Shown here: positions 60,545-64,000 of the stretch, in pieces
Layout: each line of letters starts with the position of its first letter
Position numbering within the stretch: position 1 is the first letter of the stretch
Assembly: GCF_040938485.1 (NCBI RefSeq)
Contig: NW_027271166.1
Location: 434,001 to 498,000, forward strand
Direction: 5' to 3'
Source of the DNA: Diadema antillarum
Taxonomy: Eukaryota
Length of the DNA stretch: 64,000 nt
Translations under genes and position numbers: made by a program
Notes under the pieces: model-generated
The model's database searches: none
The model's input: only the letters and a program-made list of their open reading frames with translations
Told to the model about the DNA's origin: nothing

Positions 60545-63321
60545 CCACACACACACAAAATTTGAGGATCTGTCTATATCATGGAAATCGCATCAAGGAG
60601 GCATTCTGCCACCCAAGTCACCTTGTGCATAGGGACAATGGTGATATCTGACTATCGCTTGTTGGCAAAATGATTGATCATTCAAAGTCATTCCGCCAAG
60701 GGCCAACGATACTCCCCTGAGGGCGCTGTCCAATGTTATATTTTGTTCCTCTCTTTCTACAGCATTCATTATGGCTCTTGTAAAAAGTATACTAACATAA
60801 TTTTATAAAATACGTGTTATGCTTCGCCATCTGCTCTTCAAAGTATTTGTTACAGTAAATATTCATCCATGTCACCGTACACTTTAAGTGCTCCGTCAGT
60901 TCTTCGAAGTGTTCCCTGGACCGAAACCTCGATCCCCTTTGGAAACAGATACATGTACATGTAATGACAGGACCCAGTGACCTCTGCGAGCTATGATACT
61001 TCATCTGCTGTGCTGGGCTCCCTCCCCTGGTCCTCGCTCTTCAACGTGAGAAACTGCAGTCCTCTTCCCATCCTGGCAACATGTTACTAAGACACTGAAA
61101 ACCTATAGTTTTTACTGGAAAACTGCCAACATTTTGTCAGGATGAGGGAAAGGTTCGCGAAAAGCATATAGCCCAGAGCGATGTGACACAAAGCATATTC
61201 AAGTAGCGTCATTTTGCACGTGGCAAGAACCTACGTACCGCGCAGTATTCCTTGGAGTTGACTGGATCTGGAGTTTGTTTCGCTTTTTCTTTTATCAGTT
61301 GTCATTCTGTTTTCATGCAACTTGTTTAGAATTGGGCGAAAAAGTATGATACTGAGGAACAGTTATATGAAGAAAATAAATCATGAAATGTTTTGCAGTG
61401 ATAAATTTCTGGAGCGTACGTTGCCTAATAAGTTTTTATTGAGATAAAAAGTATTTTGAAGGAAAAATAGGTGGGAGGGAGGGAGGAGATTGTTGTGCTG
61501 GTTGTTTCGGAAGTTAAGGTGGGTATAAAGACTTAAAAACTACACAGAGAATATTATTGTGACTCGCCTCTGCTCGAAATGGCGGTATCGCTTTCATTAC
61601 ATCGTCACCTGATTTACGCTACTGAAATCTCCAAGAAGGAAGAATCTTGTGCAAAGAGAGAGAGAGAGAGAGATAGATGGGGGGGGGGGAAGGAGTGTAG
61701 TGAGATAGAAATATAGGGGAGAGGGAGAGAGAGAGAGAGAGAGAGACTTTGAGTGGGGGGGGGGGAGGTGGTGAGATTGAAAGAGAGGGGGAGAGGTAGA
61801 GTTGAAGATGGAGGCGGGAAGGGAAAGATGGGAGGGGTGGTATTCCATCAAACGCGATTGAGAGCGTGTAAGGAAAAGCTACAGCAAAATAACTTGAACA
61901 ACTCTGCTTGATATATCAGTATGTGAGTCATTATGCATAATGTATAAGCGGCAATGTTCTACTACTTCCACACTAACGGGACATTAATTTGGCTTTGTCC
62001 ACATAGATTAGTTGGTATGACGTAAATGCTTTGTTTTTTGAAATTTTCTAGAGACTCGAAAGAAAGGGGATAGTAAAGGGACTGCTTTTGTTAAAAAGAA
62101 AGTGAAAAAAAAGTTGGCTAGACTTTGGCAAAGTCATAGGCTTAGAAGTTGCTCAATGTTCTTACACAAGAAGACTGCAGCGAACGACCACTGATGGAGA
62201 CGTGTGTTAAACAAGACGTACCCCCTGCCCCCACCAATGTACTCCACACCGAACTGCGTTTCCCACAGCGACCTGCTGTTTACCATGTGCTTGATCTTGG
62301 CCTTATTTTCCCTTTGTTTGATTTGTTCTTTTTCTTCCCATTACTGCCACCTATCCATCACTAACCTCGCTCCCCTCCTCCTCCTCTCCCTCCCCCTCTT
62401 CCTCTCTCTTTTCCCTCTTTATATCACTTAACTTGTCTCCCATTACCCGCTGGGACGCCACACTGCGTCACAGTGCGATAAGTACGTGAGGCAATCATGA
62501 CAATGTTAACTTGCGTTGCTCTTTGACATTGGCATGGGTGAACTCGTCAAAAAACAAAATGTGCCTCAATGTAGCCAGAAATGTGAGACCAATAAGATAA
62601 GTACCATCTCCCCGGGTGAAACCTCCTCCGTGTCAACTCTCGATCGTTACAGCTCCCCCTCACGTCGTTTTAAAGGCCTGGGAACTGAGGAGTTTTGCCA
62701 TCACAGTGATCGTTTTATATATGTGTGTCTTCGAAATATTGTTATAATGGCCGTCTGGTGACTGGACTGTTGACAAGAGATTGACACCCGTCGATGTCGA
62801 CGGTCTTACATGTGTTTTTTTTTCACGTATTGTCAAATCGACGCTGAACTGCTCATGACAATAGCGAGTTTTTGCTCTGCGACGCAAACGCCTATGCACG
62901 CTACCTCCCGGGTTGGACAATAGAAACAGCTGTATCGCGCATGTGCAGAACACCATTTTGTTCACATAATTAGCGTCATCTTGTCGTTCACGACGCAGAT
63001 CTAAAGCTCGTTATTGTGAAAACATACGATAACATCAACAAACGTAGAGGGTTTCATCTGGTAATCTTTTAAAGCTGCGAAAGAAACAGAAAATGTGACA
63101 TTCGTCTAGGTGTAAAGGCGAGTGCTCTGTTTGAAACGTGTACACAGCATGGATGTGGCAGATAATCAGGAAAGAGAATTTCATTTGGGATCGCAGGGTT
63201 GAGCTAGGAAGTTATCTTTGTCATTCGATGAAATCAGGTAACTTGTTATTAACTTCAATTCTCATGCCATCTGATGTAAGTCTTATCGCAGAACGCTATT
63301 TCTTTTCTTATTTTGTCACAG

Positions 63322-63378
63322 CTATACATCACGGGAGGCGTGCTGGGAATGTTCACAAGATGCAAGGCAAAACGATTG
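63322..63378 (+). CDS. MS4A/CD20-like gene, next exon (TM2 second half); the gene continues beyond the window
   Basis: ttttgtcacAG|CTA TAC ATC ACG GGA GGC GTG CTG GGA ATG...TTG|GTaagc = LYITGGVLGMFTRCKAKRL, phase 0-0. Matches the FIxSGxL pattern of MS4A TM2. Confidence 0.7.
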
Positions 63379-63650
63379 GTAAGCATTCAATGACCATTGT
63401 GACAAAATGTCTTCGGCGGCAATCAGTAGATGACCACAATGTTATGGAACTGATTGTTTACTCCACCCCACCCTCCTTCTTCCTTTCTTATGCCCCTCCC
63501 CCCCCTTATTCCCCTCTTCACGAGAAGACACAGTTTGCGCGTGCGTGGAAGAAGAAAGAATAACGAACACGTTTGCCCACAACAAATTTTCACCTTCATG
63601 GGATTGTAGTGGTGAACAGCAAATCTATTTTCTAGCGCTTTTCATGTCAT

Positions 63651-64000
63651 TAAAGGACAAGTTCACCTTTATAAACATAAGGATTGAGAAAATGCAACAA
63701 TATTAGTAGAACACATCAGTGAAAGTTTGAGGAAAATTTGACAATCGATGCAAAAGTTATGATTTTTTTTTAATTTTTGTGTTGGAACCGCTGGATGAGG
63801 AGACTACTACAGCTTGTGAGTCATATGCGTACAACAGTATAAAGAAAATGTAAAAGAAAATTCAACATATTTTCACTTTTTTCGCATAATAAAAGAGCAC
63901 TTGACTTGCCTCTTTCTAAAGGCAGGGGGAATAATATTATCCATAACATTTGTTGGTAACGAGGCAGGGGAATGTGTACTTTTTTCAAAAGATGGAATTT
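63651..64000. mobile_element. Left end of another TTAA-terminated element (runs off the window)
   Basis: Begins ttaaaggacaagttcacc..., the same terminus style as the Kolobok-like MITEs; the right end is not visible. Confidence 0.45.

Noticed and set aside
62204-62431. Hydrophobic ORF as a later MS4A transmembrane exon
   Set aside because: It lies upstream of the TM2 exon at 63322, has the wrong phase and no donor, and is largely a pyrimidine-rich tract.
1-64000. tRNA, rRNA or snRNA genes
   Set aside because: No cloverleaf, A/B-box or rRNA-like sequence was recognisable by eye; tRNAscan-SE/Infernal would be needed to exclude them formally.

Overview
Eukaryotic, intron- and repeat-rich genomic DNA from a scaffolded assembly with four N gaps. 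The repeat families and gene content look invertebrate-deuterostome, probably echinoderm; that assignment is inference. Four gene loci can be supported by reading splice sites and frames. (1) 1-14 kb, minus strand: two tandem, diverged paralogs of an unrecognised multi-exon gene built from phase-1 symmetric exons. The order is signal peptide (found in copy 2 only), a 4-Cys module, a Ser/Thr mucin-like stalk and an atypical compact C-type-lectin-like exon. (2) 17.5-38.8 kb, plus strand: a tandem duplication of ~10-11 kb carrying two complete 4-exon UDP-glycosyltransferase genes (528 aa each, ~91% identical by manual count). They differ at a sugar-selectivity position and in the ER-retrieval motif. 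(3) 39.3-44 kb, minus strand: a 3-exon type II membrane carbohydrate sulfotransferase of the HNK-1ST/CHST8-14 family, tail-to-tail with the UGTs. (4) From 56.5 kb, plus strand: the 5' part of an MS4A/CD20-like tetraspan gene that runs off the window. The rest is microsatellites, 5'-truncated LINEs (RTE, RTE-X, CR1/L2-like) and non-autonomous DNA elements (Kolobok-like TTAA MITEs, Harbinger-like MITEs, a piggyBac-like element, a Helentron-like HINE). Many of these can be dated relative to the duplications because the paralog supplies the empty site. Most ORFs in the supplied track are spurious.
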